A stretch of 63,523 nt of DNA, filler included, from Stramenopiles sp. TOSAG23-6 (taxonomy: Eukaryota), in the NCBI GenBank assembly GCA_900128565.1. It is 14 parts of 14 records of this genome, joined end to end, with 100 filler letters (N's around TTAATTAATTAA, not from the genome) between each part and the next. Parts side by side here need not be neighbours in the genome. Positions count along the whole stretch, not along the records: positions 22,810 to 27,262 come from LT637167.1; positions 27,363 to 31,814 come from LT637168.1; positions 31,915 to 36,355 come from LT637169.1; 11 more parts are not named here. One strand, 5' to 3'. Of the stretch, positions 22,999 through 36,455 are shown piece by piece. A program made the translations under genes and the position numbers. The notes below the pieces were generated by a model. The model saw nothing but the letters and a program-made list of their open reading frames with translations, did not search any database and was not told the origin of the DNA. Numbering within the stretch: position 1 is the first letter of the stretch; every line of letters starts with the position of its first letter.

Positions 22999-23663
22999 TT
23001 ATATTTTTTTTCTCTCCAAGGTAGAAAAACAATTTGAAGCGCTAGCGTAGCTGCCTCTCATACTGCTTAATATTATGAGCCATACCACACCGATAGCTGA
23101 AATATACGGAACTCGAAATTTGACTGGGACAAAAGCAAAGTTAATAGCATTTGCTGGTATCCAAAAAAAACTACATGAAAGAAAGTCTTCCAACACATTT
23201 GTCCTCCACTTTTTATGTATTGTGAAAAAATATTTGGTTTTGTTAGGTATAAAAGTCGATTTTGTATGAAAAAAAAAATTTAATTTTGAAATTGAAAACC
23301 TACATATACATTAGTTAGGCTAAATTGTCCTTGTACAATCGATTGGGTAGCGTAAAAGCATGGATAGTACAAAAATGGATTATGCAGAACATTTTCTAAA
23401 ACAATTTCTGTGCGCCACGTTGCATTCCACAGACCACGACTTCGTATGAAATTTTTACATGCTGGAAGTAATTTGCTATATGTTCCATACTGAGCGAGGC
23501 CGCACCAGAAAAATCCAAAAGCTGCAAATGTTAGCGTGCGCCAGCGATTCGGTTCTGAACGTTTTTCGACAACTCGTTGTGTAATTTCATCGCCAATCAT
23601 ACATCTAGCTCCACCAGAGGCTACAGCTAAGGAAATAGGCCAATGTGCCAACTTTGTTAACAT
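22999..23663 (-). CDS. Mpv17/PMP22 family membrane protein, intron 23215-23303
   Basis: GD.I.Q...RT..F..FG and FWIPANAINFAFVP..FRV motifs joined in frame by removing TAT|GTAGGT...AATAC AT|AAA. Confidence 0.85.
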
Positions 23664-24061
23664 TTTCAAATCAATTTTAATAGTCAAAACTTTAGAAATG
23701 AAAATCTAAAAAAGATTTAATGGTATAAGGCCACCCATATCTGTAAATGCTTTGTATTTATGATGCAGTCTCGGTTAGCTTCATTATTGGAGAACGATAT
23801 TCTACTTTCTTCGGTTTGAATTGTTTCTTTTTTTTATTGGACTTGATTGATGATGGTACCAGTACCTAATGGAATGCCAAACGCAAAAATGACGCCAAAA
23901 ATGCCGGCCGTTGTTCCGTTCGAATTTTTTTAAAACGGGTGGTACGTTAAAAGGTATACTGGGGACCAAACAACGGATCCAGAAAAGTATCGACTCATAC
24001 GGTTGTGGCAGCATCGTTATATTCCACAGTTTCTGATGGCCCGAGTTTAGCATTGCATAAA

Positions 24062-25843
24062 ATGTCTAAATATGATATATTCAAGGATAAAGCCAGACGC
24101 AGCCCAGAAGAATGGAAAATTGAAAAGCAAAAAGATTCTACCCGCGCTGACATTTTTAAAGGTCTCATGGAAAACAGAGTTTCAAAGTTGCTTCAACGTG
24201 TCCAGCTTTACAAAAATGAAGCTACTGGGCCACACAATATCAAGGAAGTACATTCTATTGAAATTCCCGATGTATCAAAAGTACCTGAGATAAAAAAGCG
24301 CAATAGTAATCTTCAAACAATGCTGAAGGCAAAATATCTGTCGGCATTTGGCGTGAAGAAAGGCGGCAAAAGCGCGTTTGTGAGAAAGGGGAAAACATCC
24401 GTACAGTCTAATTTGGAAAATCTGAGCCAATCACATGATAACTTATTGCGTATGTTTAGTGATGTGTCGTACGATTTACAAAGTGGGGCACCTTTCTTTG
24501 TACCTAAAAAGTTGCTTTTAGAACATGTTATTGAAAAGATGAAAAATGTGCCAAAGACCGTAAAAAAAAGTCTGATACCCTTTTTCCAGGTAGCATCATC
24601 GCGCAATCTTATGGAGAGTATGTTTTGGTATTGTCACTTGCGAATGTTCTTTCCAGGAAAACTGAATGCAATGCAAGCATTACTGGAATCAATGGCATTG
24701 GATTTCATGCAAATTAAAGGTAGTTTAGGCATGTTAGTATTACAAGGCTCACTATCTCCTTTGAAGTACAGATCTGGAATTTCAATGGAAGGTCGGCGAC
24801 CCGCAACGTCGTACCCCAGCTTGGATCAAAATCCACTCAAGAAGAGTCGCGGTATTAGTACCACCAGTGATCTAAAAACAACGAAATCTTTATCAGATAG
24901 TTTCTTTAGTGTGTATCCTGTTTTATTAGCCAACGCTGTGTGTTGGGGAAATCACTATTTATTCCCACAGTCACGCTCGCTTTTATCACACCAAGAAGTC
25001 AAAAATTTTATCCTTAAGGAGGTTTATGGAATATTATTCGGTATGAGTATGTATAAAAAATCTTTGCATTTATTGGCACACAAATTATACCCAAATGATT
25101 TCGTGTCACATTCAAAATTGAGCAACATAAAAGACATACAGGCCATTTGTGATGATATAGATCACATGCAAACTAAAAATCTTTTAATACATTTGCAAAT
25201 GTTGTCTTCAGTTCCTAGAGTAGGCACAATAAATAACGGAGGCAAAATAGTTGATAAAAAAGAGAAAGAATTTGGAGTGCAGTCAAAGGAATCCCCCGAT
25301 AAAAAAAGAAAAACGCTGAAGAATAATCGTAACCGGGAAGCAACTCTATTTAGACAACGGAGACGAGCATTTCACTCCTCGGATATGTCACCATTGATGC
25401 AAAAGTATTTACAAAAACAATATTCAACTCCCATTGATCTCACCGCAGTATGTCTGACTAGAACAGTACCACAGTCAGGAAATCATCAATGTAGAGTTGG
25501 AGGGGAAGAGTATCTTTTGAAAGAACCATCTAGGAAACATATTGGTGTGACTATGATGAATCAATATGAGTTTTCTCGTGCAGACTTTGTACATGAAGAA
25601 GTCTCTAGAAAGAATGAGTATTCAAAAATACTTCGAAATCTGCAACAAACAGAAAACAGTATTTTAAATTCAGGGAGAAAGAACAAATCTAAATTTTGCT
25701 CAGATATAAAGTCTGCAAAAGACTTTCAGAGTATTGTGAAGGTGTATCACAGACCAGAAAATGTCAATTTTAACGGCGATACAAGCAAGAGTGGCGATTA
25801 TTCTCAAAGCAACTCGTCTGTGATTGATCTGCCAATGTTATAG
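24062..25843 (+). CDS. FAM227-like (FWWh domain) protein
   Basis: Long intronless ORF with SMFWYCH and FFSVYPVLLANAV...LFPQS motifs. Confidence 0.55.
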   Translation: MSKYDIFKDKARRSPEEWKIEKQKDSTRADIFKGLMENRVSKLLQRVQLYKNEATGPHNIKEVHSIEIPDVSKVPEIKKRNSNLQTMLKAKYLSAFGVKKGGKSAFVRKGKTSVQSNLENLSQSHDNLLRMFSDVSYDLQSGAPFFVPKKLLLEHVIEKMKNVPKTVKKSLIPFFQVASSRNLMESMFWYCHLRMFFPGKLNAMQALLESMALDFMQIKGSLGMLVLQGSLSPLKYRSGISMEGRRPATSYPSLDQNPLKKSRGISTTSDLKTTKSLSDSFFSVYPVLLANAVCWGNHYLFPQSRSLLSHQEVKNFILKEVYGILFGMSMYKKSLHLLAHKLYPNDFVSHSKLSNIKDIQAICDDIDHMQTKNLLIHLQMLSSVPRVGTINNGGKIVDKKEKEFGVQSKESPDKKRKTLKNNRNREATLFRQRRRAFHSSDMSPLMQKYLQKQYSTPIDLTAVCLTRTVPQSGNHQCRVGGEEYLLKEPSRKHIGVTMMNQYEFSRADFVHEEVSRKNEYSKILRNLQQTENSILNSGRKNKSKFCSDIKSAKDFQSIVKVYHRPENVNFNGDTSKSGDYSQSNSSVIDLPML

Positions 25844-25920
25844 TTGGCTTTCTTCATTGCAATCAAATAAATTTTATACACAATATTTGAGCAAAAGTTA
25901 CTTTATTTTCAATGAAATTA

Positions 25921-27065
25921 TTATACCAAAGAGAACATGTTCACCGCATATTTCAAAATACTTGTAAAAATCTTATTGCATTCTTCTTCATTAGCCAATC
26001 GAGAAGCTGGCTCTCTATTAGACAATGACTCAAAGACACCACAAGCGAGCTTCGCTTCCCGTATAGCATGTATTACCGGTATAACCGAAGAAGATTCTAA
26101 ACTTTTAGTGCATTGAAATGAGTATACTTGGCTATTGAGGGCATTTGCCACAATATTTTCTAATGGCGGATTATCAAAATTGATTAATTCGAGACGTTTT
26201 TCAATAGATCCCATCATAAAAAGAACATTCGACTTTTCTTCCATCGGGCAACTTTTGTTGTCAATAATTTGTGATAATACTTTCGTTAGTTTTGTCCATA
26301 CTTCTTTAGCTGCCAATGTTGCCCTGGAATCATACATTTTCGACCTTTTTGATTCAAGTAAACTTCGAGCTTCAAATTTGGCATTGTATCTCCGAATATT
26401 TATCTCAACGCCTTCTATGCGTCTATAAAGAGGGAGTGATTTCGTAATATCTTCATTGGCATACTTTTTGAGCATTACAAAGTTCTCTAAGAGTAGTTTG
26501 TTCTCGAGTTTTAATGGCGTCTCCATTATGCAATTTATATTAAGTTTCTTTGCAAGCATTGTTAATTGAAAAATACAAACAGAGTTTTCTTTTGTATGAC
26601 ATTCATTATATTTTTGTTCGAACGCCGTGCAAAATTTTTTTTTCATCTGAGAAATTAATTCCGAATCAATTGGGTAAATTACGTATTGTGAAAAAGTATT
26701 TCGAAAAAAAATCATTAGGTACAAAATTTCGTACGAAAAACAAATTAAAAATTTGAAATTGCAAACGTACACCCTGTCAGCTGTTTCACTGTTTGTGAGT
26801 TTACTCGGTGTGTTATATCCATTTTCTTTAATGTAAAACGTATATCGCTCAATTTTTGCTGCGAAACGCTCTAATAGATTAAGATATTCGTCATCTTCTC
26901 CAAGCACGAAACCTTTGTGGTGATAATCTTCATCGCCATTACTTGAAGTCGCCAAGATGAAATCTCGCCTCTGAATTAAAAAACTGGCATCACTAAAATC
27001 TGAAAGATCTGATGTAGTGGAGATAATGCCTCTCGGGGTTTTATCTTGATGCACTTGTGGCATTC

Positions 27066-27100
<35 letters not shown>

Positions 27101-27206
27101 ACAAGTGTTGAAACTGCGTTATTTGGCATATCTGCGACTACATGCTCTGGTTCTGGTTCTACAAGTGTTGAAACTGACTTATTTGGCATATCTGTGACCA
27201 CAGGCG
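25921..27206 (-). CDS. Hypothetical protein, 3' exons (5' partial), PE repeats, intron 26681-26770
   Basis: ORF reads through an in-frame element (YEILYL peptide); removal gives ADRVIYPIDS. Confidence 0.6.
26681..26770 (-). mobile_element. Introner-like intron, GT...GT, GT/GT flanks
   Basis: GT|GTACGT...GTACCTAAT...CACAATAC GT|A. Confidence 0.7.
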
Positions 27207-27467
27207 GCGTATTGTGAAAAAATATTTCAAAAAAAAAATCGTTAGGTACGAAATTTCGTATGNNNNNNNNNNNNNNNNNNNNNNNNNNNNNNNNNNNNNN
27301 NNNNNNTTAATTAATTAANNNNNNNNNNNNNNNNNNNNNNNNNNNNNNNNNNNNNNNNNNNNCATGTATTTTGGAAAAATATTTGAAAAAAAAATTGTTA
27401 GGTACAAAATTTCGTACGAAACGAAAAAATAAATTCGATTTTTTTGTAAAAAAAAAAATAAAACATA

Positions 27468-29553
27468 CATGTACATGTCCTGTACCCCCCCATCGTTCTT
27501 TGCAGGCCATAGGATAACGAGTATTTAATTGTTCTGACGTCAGAGACGCAACAATGTCTAAATGAGCCTTTGCACACTCATTAAGATCCGAGAATCTTAA
27601 ACCAGTCAGTCCAATCTCATCCGAATTGGATAGTCTACTACGTATTTTTGCATTTTCAGCTAGATTGGGTGCAATCAACGAGCCAGGATTGGCAACAACA
27701 GCCCCATCATAATGACGAAGAACGCGTGCACGACAGGGTAGTTGATGTGGATTTGATGCAATGAGATTTTTTTCTTTTACTGAAATACATTTAGATTTTC
27801 CATTTTTTTGATAATTTTGTAAAGCTACAGAATATCTTCCAGAAGTATTATTAAAAGCCTCAACTAATCCTATTTTGCCATTGTATTGAGCTGCGCCTAC
27901 AAGTGAATGCACTTTCACTTCTAAACCATTCGCTAAAGCACCACTGAGCGCATCAGAATCAGGAATATGACGACCGAAACCACTACCAGACATCATACCA
28001 AATAAAGAATTAAAACCCAATGGTCCTGACCCGCCTCCAACCCTTCCTCTTTCAGATGTACTTGAAAAACCAAGATAATTTTTAGGATCACCAGATCCAC
28101 TGACTTTATCTTCTCTTCGACATGCAGCTGCAAGTACAATTCTACGGATTTCTGCATTCGGATGCTTAATTGCAGCACCAACATGAGTTCTCAAATCATT
28201 ACGACCACCAGTGCAATGTATATTGAATGTCTGCGTCATGTCTACAGAATTAGCACAATTATCACGATCTTCATCGAAAAGAAAACGCAGAGCAAGCTCA
28301 GTACCTTCGGAAGCTGTACCTTCTGCAACACACAAAAGCTTCAAAGTGGGATCGGTGCCAGAATTACTTTGAGAATTTACATCTGCGCCAGCGTCTACTA
28401 ATGCCTTGAAAATATTAAATGCATTTATTGGTGTATTTGGTGAATCGCAATCCCTAACCTTAAACCCGAGTGGTGTTCTAGATTTAACAATCCTTGAAGC
28501 ACTGATACAATTTAAGCATGCAATACCTAGAGCAGACATTCCCGTATTGTTTTTCAATTCAAGGAAGCATTCAAGAGTCTTACTATCAAGAGAAAGCAAT
28601 GCGTTGCAAACTCTCAATGAACCTTCACGGGCCGCAGAAATAAGAGCTGTATCTCCAAATTTATCTTTCGCACTTAGTGCTGTGCCAAGCCCATCAGAGT
28701 TGTTTACTTCATAGAGTAACGCACGACATATATCGCTGCGATTTGCATTGGCAGCAAAGTGAAGTAACGTTGACTTCAAGCAAGTGCCACAGAGTGTTTT
28801 AGCCTCTAAAGAATGGCGCTTTGCAAGCTTAACAAACACCTCAACGTCCTCTTCTTTAGTCCGATTATGTGTTTTACCGCGTACATTTCCCTCAATGCAC
28901 TCCCACATAAGTTCTATATCTTCCACAGACATCTCCTTATCGAGTAATCCATGGATTTCATTATCATCGTAGTTTACAAGGCTCATCGTCGCTTTTTCTT
29001 GTGTCATATCAAGGTTAAAAAGTTCTGTTGCTGTAATGATAAACGGCTTTTTATGCAACTTTTGAGCAATTAGTTCATGTTCCTTTGTAGTCTCTTTAAG
29101 TTTCTTAGTAAATGAATCTAGTTGTTCTTTAGCTGCTACCCGACAATTCGTGACAGGCAAAAACCACGAGACTTTCTTTTCGTCTTCGTCTTCGTTGTCT
29201 CCCTTCTTCAAATGAGTCACAAGGGGATATGGTTTGGTATCAGCATCAAGAGCGTTACGTAGGCGATCTAAATGCTTCGAATAATATTGCTCAATATATA
29301 GCATGTTGTCCAATATTCGCTGCCCAGCACTTTTCGCTTCTGAACAAACATAGTCATCGCCGCGGTAATCTTTGTTTGGATCTCCGTCAGGGTTGAAAGG
29401 ATTAACTACAGAATCACCCAAACCTTGATCTGGAGGTGCGCGTGACCTCGGACTCATTAAAAACTCACTAAACAATGCTTCCATCATACCTGGTTTATCC
29501 TGATTCTCAGATAATTGCCGTAACATTTCTTCGAGTTTTTGTTGATCAACCAT
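27468..29553 (-). CDS. Ankyrin-repeat protein, first exon (3' partial)
   Basis: TLLHFAA, GDTALISAAREG and GMSALGIAC repeats; ends at element 27364-27467. Confidence 0.8.
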
Positions 29554-29744
29554 GATATTAATCCCACTGGAGTTAGCTCAGTTAGGTAAATAAATTGACT
29601 GCCTGACACAAGTGACACTATTTAATCGTACCGTAATCTAATCCAATCCAATCAAAATTCAAATGATTCGTTCAGTCATTCTGATTCTGGCCAGCTCTGG
29701 CCAATCAAGACGGCCACGAGAGACTCTTCAAAATCATAAGGAAA

Positions 29745-30554
29745 ATGTCAAAAGTAAACGACGATGTCAATGAGTGTTGTCCAGCGGGTTCTTTTCCTGC
29801 TTTGACTGAGGACAAATCAAGATCTTTGAATGGAACAATTTGTACTTTCGAAACTTTTGGATTACCGATCTACTATTGTCCCCCCCCAAAGCCTTCAAAT
29901 CTCGCTGTGCTTGTAGTATATGATGTCCATGGTTTTAGTGGAGGCCGAATAAAAGGTGTATGTGACCAAATAGCTGCATCTGGATTTCACGTAGCAATGC
30001 TGGATGTATTTGATAAAAGTCAAGGTGTAAATGATTTCGGTGGATTTTCTTCGGAAGCGGGCAAAGAATGGCTTCGAAAATTTAATTGGAATGTTTTAGA
30101 ACCTCCATTGGACGTCGCTATACATTTTCTGAAAGAGAAATCTGGTGCGAAGAATGTTGGAGCTATTGGATTTTGTTGGGGAGCATGGGTTGTCTTCCAT
30201 TTATCTTCAGAGCAAAAAATTAATGCTGGAGTGTGTTGTCACCCTAGCACCCGTGTAGCCCAAATCTTGTATAATGAAGTTGAATTGGAATTGGCAAAAT
30301 CTGTAAAAACGCCGATGCTTTTATGCACCGCAAAAAATGATCCTGAGAATTTAAAATCTGGAGGTGCTGTTGTGAACGAAATTATTAATTCAGGTAACTC
30401 GTGTGAGACAGTTGAATTTCCTGATATGAATCATGGTTGGGTCCCAAGAGGTTTGATTGATAGTACAAATGATAAATGTCCCATTGCTCGTGATGTCAAT
30501 ATAGCATTAGATATGTCATGCCGTTTTTTATTGAATACAATGAATGTAGATTAA
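29745..30554 (+). CDS. Dienelactone hydrolase family protein
   Basis: CCP start, YDVHG, nucleophile motif GFCWG, HPS, HGWVPRG. Confidence 0.9.
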   Translation: MSKVNDDVNECCPAGSFPALTEDKSRSLNGTICTFETFGLPIYYCPPPKPSNLAVLVVYDVHGFSGGRIKGVCDQIAASGFHVAMLDVFDKSQGVNDFGGFSSEAGKEWLRKFNWNVLEPPLDVAIHFLKEKSGAKNVGAIGFCWGAWVVFHLSSEQKINAGVCCHPSTRVAQILYNEVELELAKSVKTPMLLCTAKNDPENLKSGGAVVNEIINSGNSCETVEFPDMNHGWVPRGLIDSTNDKCPIARDVNIALDMSCRFLLNTMNVD

Positions 30555-30758
30555 TTAGCAAATAATATCATAATATATACTATTACTTGGATGTTTTGTT
30601 TCAAATTTTTATTTTTTGTACTATTGAAATTGGACCTAAAAATAAACTTAATGAATAATAAAAACCATCGAATCGATTGACTAAGGACACATTGTTAGAG
30701 TTATATTATTTATTATACTAAATTAATAAATTATTTTCAAAAAAATATTTTTCTTTAC

Positions 30759-31744
30759 TTACATTTCTCTTTCCCTACGTAAACACTCAACAGCTTCATA
30801 AATAGCATTCATATATTTTTGGAAAATATTTTCAAAATTGTTTTGTTAGGTACAAAATTTCGTACGAAAAAAAACATCGAAATTTGAAATTGAAAACGTA
30901 CATACCAAGTTCCATTCCAAATGTTTTTTTTTTGTTTTGTCGTTTTCCAATTTTTACATTACCTTCAAGACAGGTCTGTGCATATATGACAAATGAATCA
31001 GCAGCATCTTCATCTTCAAAAACAAATTGAAGTAACGTTTCTTTTGAATTATTAAGCCCTGAAAGATGGACTTTAATACATTCACCAATAAAACTACCTA
31101 CCTAAAATTGTGAAAAAATATTTTTTTTTACTGAATTTTTTTTGTTAGGTACAAATTTTCATAGTAAAAAAAAAATTCACTTATAGAAAATAACCTACTT
31201 GAAATCGGTCATATGAAATTGTATTTATTCGATTTGCTGGGAATTTTGTATTTATTTTACGTACGACATCATTTTGGTCCTTGTTATACGTATTGTGAAA
31301 AAATATTTCAAAAAAAAATCGTTAGGTACAAAATTTACTATGAAAAAATAAATTCGAAATTGAAAAAAAAATAAATTCGAAATTGAAAAAAAAATAAAAC
31401 GTACGCTGCGCTCCATATTCAAAACCACAGACTTTAGGATTTGCATTTATTAATCGAATAAAACTATCATTTGCACAAAGCATATTACTCCCATCTCTGA
31501 AAGTATCATCATCAGTATATATTGTGAAAAAATATTTTTTTTTTAATTTTTAATTTTTGATTTTTTTTGTTAGGTCTACTATCGTAGTATAACATTTATA
31601 TATTTTCTAGAATAAAAATACAAAAAAAAATCGTTAGGTACAAAATTTCATACGAAAAAAAAAATAAAAATTCTAAATAAAAAACGTACTGCACCTATAG
31701 CATTATCGTCATAAGCTTGATGCCATAATAATTCACAGGCAATG
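30759..31744 (-). CDS. 3' end of an unannotated multi-exon gene split by elements into short exons
   Basis: Manual splicing gives one open frame IACELLWHQAYDDNAIGA/TDDDTFRDG.../NKDQND.../VGSFIGEC.../MNAIYEAVECLRREREM*; almost invisible in the ORF track. Confidence 0.65.
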
Positions 31745-32022
31745 ATGTATTTTGGAAATATATTTCAAAAAAAAAAACTTAAATTTGTTAGGTACAAAAT
31801 TTCGTACGAAAAAANNNNNNNNNNNNNNNNNNNNNNNNNNNNNNNNNNNNNNNNNNNNTTAATTAATTAANNNNNNNNNNNNNNNNNNNNNNNNNNNNNN
31901 NNNNNNNNNNNNNNTTTTGGAAAAAAATTTCAAAATTTTTTTACCAAAAAAAAAAAAAATTGTTAGGTACAAAATTTCGTACGAAAAAAAAAACATAAAT
32001 TCGAAATTAAAAAAAAACATAC

Positions 32023-32916
32023 ATGAAAATTGGAGACTAATTCACAGAGGGCTTTGTTTAGCTTTTGATATGAATTATCTTTAGTACTATGGTTAGGGTT
32101 ATCATGATTGCTATTACAGTCGTGACATTCTTTATATTCTCTAGTTCTATTTGATATAACATTTGGCACAACATTACCCCTAACCCTAACGTTTGGCAAA
32201 ATATTGGGTAACAGACGATCAATGTCATGACCTGAGGTATAAAACTCTAAAGGTTGGTGAAGTGTCCCGTAACTTTCTAGTAAATCCATTTTACTTAAGA
32301 CATTCACATGTGGTAACTCTAATCTAAGCATAGTCGAAAGAGATAACAGTGATGCTGATATGTATTTCGCAGGCTCCGTGCAATAATGTGAGTCAACCAG
32401 ATGGACGGCTACAAGTTGAAAATCAAGATCTCTTTGGAGAGTCACGAGAATATTTTTCAGACTTTGGTGATGTGTTGTTAATTCAACTTGCCCGGGTAAA
32501 TCAAATATAAAGTAAGGTGCACCAGATATTGGTATTGTATTCGTTGCCGCAGCGGCAGTTGTAGATGAAGTTGACTTGATTTTATCAGCAGCATTTTCTG
32601 GATTGTTTGAAGCTTTCGTAGCACTTAATTTGACACTCTGAATTTGTTCTTCCAACCAATCAAAGTTTTCTTCGAGAAATTCCATTACATAAAGCATTGC
32701 TCCATTAGGACCTAATTTCAGTTCATCCATTACATCATCAAGAGAAATCAAATCTCGGATATCAATTGCATATTCGTATGACGCTGTGTCATTAGCCGGA
32801 TCTAAGTTGACTACTGCCACACGACGGCCTATACCACCAAGAAAGTTAGCAGCACCATAACAGTATGTGCTTTTACCTGAACCCGGAGGACCAAGTACAA
32901 CTTGTGCATAAGACAT
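32023..32916 (-). CDS. GPN2: GPN-loop GTPase 2, first exon (3' partial)
   Basis: GPPGSGKSTYC, NLDPAN, LGPNG, DLPGQVELTTHH, LPHVNVLSK.D. Confidence 0.88.
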
Positions 32917-33209
32917 GGCTATATCTATCCGAAAAATAAATTGTCTATGGGCTTTTCAAAATGATCAAATGCGTATAGAATACTTGGTATAGCAAAGTCT
33001 AGTGTAGACAACAACGACTGCAATTTACAACACACGAAGACTGACTGAACTTGTTGATAATAAAGGTCACGTTGAACACGAAATATTGACTTTTTTTTGC
33101 AAGGTCGAAGACTCGAAAGTTTGTTTTTTTCAAATTTTTTTGCGTTTGTTTTCAAAAATTCAAAAAATTCAAAAGCAGGATCAACAAAAATTGACATAAA
33201 AATTTGAAA

Positions 33210-33902
33210 ATGAAATTGGTAACAACAGGGTTTGAGTTATCTATAATGATTGTTTTTCTGATTAGTTTAGGTGTATCAACCTTTACAGGAGCAGTACATA
33301 TGAATGATGCCATGGATATGAGGACTGGGGTAACTACAAAACACACTATAGGCAATGGAGAACAAGTACAAACAACTTCAATTCCAGACTCTGAGAAACC
33401 ACGTAGACTATACTTGAACGAGTTCTCAAGGGTTGGAAATACTTTAGAAAGACTATTTGAATTAAGCTCACCTCTTAAAGATGTTTACGAGAAGATTAAG
33501 ACAGATATTGAGAGACAGTATGATGGAGTACATGAACAAGTGAGGCTTCTCCGAGAAGAAAGACTCCGCCTAAACTGTAGTCAAGTTAATATTCCTAAAA
33601 ATCAGAAAAATCTTCAGACGGATAGTCAAGTTCAGACAAACAGCACATTTATTAAACAAGCTAATAAATATAGATTCCAAACTGATATCATTAGAGAACT
33701 TAATACGAAGCTTAAAATATGTGAAACAAATTTGGAATTTAATAAAAAAAGATGTGAACGTTGTGACGTCATAAACCAACTAAATGAGAATGTAACTGCA
33801 GAAATGTTCCAAGTATATAATACGACAGAAGCTCTAGAGAATGTATTAAAAACTGACCCATTAAAAATTTTTAATAAGCTCAGAGCTTATGCTGGATCTT
33901 GA
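33210..33902 (+). CDS. Hypothetical protein with N-terminal signal/TM and coiled coil
   Basis: ~230-aa ORF, hydrophobic N-terminus. Confidence 0.6.
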   Translation: MKLVTTGFELSIMIVFLISLGVSTFTGAVHMNDAMDMRTGVTTKHTIGNGEQVQTTSIPDSEKPRRLYLNEFSRVGNTLERLFELSSPLKDVYEKIKTDIERQYDGVHEQVRLLREERLRLNCSQVNIPKNQKNLQTDSQVQTNSTFIKQANKYRFQTDIIRELNTKLKICETNLEFNKKRCERCDVINQLNENVTAEMFQVYNTTEALENVLKTDPLKIFNKLRAYAGS

Positions 33903-34223
33903 AAGATAAACTTTTGTGACTTGGATAATTTTTATTTTTTTTTTTGTAATTTGTATTTTCGTACTATTTTTAAAACCACTTGATACAAAAATTATATTAA
34001 ATATATTATGCACAAACGATAAAAATGTACACATATCTTGTATTGCTTACATTTTTCCATTTACGATGAAAACGTTTGATATCGTTATTTTCTCTATATA
34101 TACAATTGAGTCATAGATATCGTAGGTTCAAGAATGTACACACGATGCATGGGACGATGTATGGTATGGATTAGATTGGGATGATGATGAATCATAGATA
34201 TCGTAGGTTCAAGGGAATAGTTT

Positions 34224-35229
34224 TCAAGGTTGTGCACCAGCAACTATTCCCTTGGAGTCAGATGTGTTCCAAATTACAGCAGCTCTTGGTACTGATTCAT
34301 CATTTCCAGCTATACAAGCTGTGGCTGTTATTGGTTTAATTGTGTCTTGATCATTAACAATTATTGGCACGCTTTCCATTCCTTGAAATGGTGGTTGAAT
34401 TGTTGTAACATTCTGCATTGAAGATGCTTTCATCGCATTTCTTGCTTTGCGTGTCCTGTAATAATATGAAAAAGTCAGAGCTCCAATTATAATAACGGCC
34501 CCACAAATTATCAATATGACGTATCCGAGTTTGAGTTTTTCACCCGACTTGACAATTACTTCACAAGTTCCACCTTGAGTACATCTCAAAGGCAAACTAC
34601 ACTGCTCGTCATAATTACGAAATTCATCACAATCATCACCCTGATAAAGCTGATGTGCACAGAATCCTTCGTGACTGTGAACATTTTTATGACAATATTC
34701 CCAATCTTCGCAATCGTTAAAAAAATTACATTTCTTACCATGTGCCTTACAAGTTCCAATGTGACCAAGATCGCCGGAGTTTAGGTTTAGGGAACAGCCT
34801 ATGATTTCCCCAGGACCATTTTTACACTGATTTTTCATGTATGTAAAACATTCTCCGCCTCTTTCAACCTTTTTTTTACATCCTCCATAGTTGTCATATT
34901 TACCTGGCAAGTGACAATATTCACTACTGTGGCAATGATCTAAGTTTTTCGCACAAGTTACCAGACATGCTCCTTGAGAGTCTCCTTCACGGTATTCCAC
35001 ACATTTTACGGTGTACATATTTGGGCTCTTGCACGGATGTGTATCATTTGTGTCACAACTACCACCAATTTCCACCTGTGGCTCACAAGTTCCTTCATGC
35101 GAACTTGAAGCTTTACAATATTGTCCAAAACCGCAACTGTGATCGCGCTTACCGTTACACTTTCTTCCTCCAAGTACTTGATGTTGACTCAGTATGCATA
35201 TGATAGAAAATAGAGAAAGAGATTTCATT
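34224..35229 (-). CDS. Cysteine-rich type I membrane protein, same architecture as the 4880 gene
   Basis: Signal peptide, C...YC...G.C....G..C repeats, TM LGYVILIICGAVIIIGALTF. Confidence 0.75.
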
Positions 35230-35518
35230 GTGATAGTGTAATCCAAATACTTTAGTTATTGAAGGGTTCGGGAGAACTTCTTTTCACGTAGCAAAAGCTA
35301 CTGACTACACTGGCTCGATTTTAAAAATAAATCAAATATATTTATCGAACTCGGAAGCAACTCGGAACTGGACTCATCGTCCCTCCTCCTCTTCATAAAT
35401 ATAATACAGACAGAGTTTACTAATATACTGAAATTCCTGCTCCAACACCGTTTCAGTAAATTCATCGAACAAGCAAATATTACATTACACCTGTGAGCAT
35501 TATCTCGCTTTATAGAAT

Positions 35519-36291
35519 ATGTCATCGTCATCAACTAGTCCAAGAGAATTTTCTTTCCCAAGTAACGAGGGAAAGGAAGGTGGGTATTTTACCGGTAAAG
35601 ACGATGTTGATGGCACCTCAAAAGGGACAGTTAGAACGGACTTGAAACTTTCCAAGCTTGATAATAATATGAAGTCTAATCCGTGTTATCCTGTTGCCAA
35701 TTTGCCTTTTGTTGCAGATGATATGTGGCCAATATCAAAAGAAGGCTCTTTAAAGGCTTGGAGACGAGAACTACTCTCAGGCATTACCGTTGCTCTTGCC
35801 TTGATTCCGGAAGCTGTTGCTTTTTCGTTTGTTGCAGGTGTTAAGCCACTAGTTGGTTTACAGGCAGCATGGATAAATGGTCTATTTGCATCTATATTTG
35901 GTGACCGACCTGGAATGATTACTGGTGCTACTGGTGCACTTGCAGTAGTATTACCAGACTTGATTGAAGATAAGCATATTGGTCTCTTATTTTATGCTGT
36001 AATTCTTCAAGGTTTAATACAGATTGTTCTTGGCTCTTTAAAGATGGGCCGTTTTGTTTCAATGATTTCACATCCTGTTATGATTGGATTTTGTGATGGT
36101 TTAGCCATTATTATTTTTCTATCTCAAATTGTTAGCTTCAAAAAGTGTATCAAAGGCATGAATAATTACGATGCTTGTATTGCTGCACACAATGGACGAC
36201 GTTTAGCTAGTTATGACGTTTTTACTAGCTCTGATCCTTGGGTGGACACAGATGTTCTTGGCTTAATGCTTGGTATTGTGTTTATAACAAT
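35519..36291 (+). CDS. SulP/SLC26 anion transporter, first exon (3' partial)
   Basis: ELLSGITVALALIPEAVAFS...GL.AA...RPGMITGATGA...PVMIGF. Confidence 0.9.
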
Positions 36292-36455
36292 GTACGTTTT
36301 ATTTTATTTTTACAAAAAAATCGATTTTTTTTTTTTTGGTTTTCGTACGAAATTTNNNNNNNNNNNNNNNNNNNNNNNNNNNNNNNNNNNNNNNNNNNNT
36401 TAATTAATTAANNNNNNNNNNNNNNNNNNNNNNNNNNNNNNNNNNNNNNNNNNNN

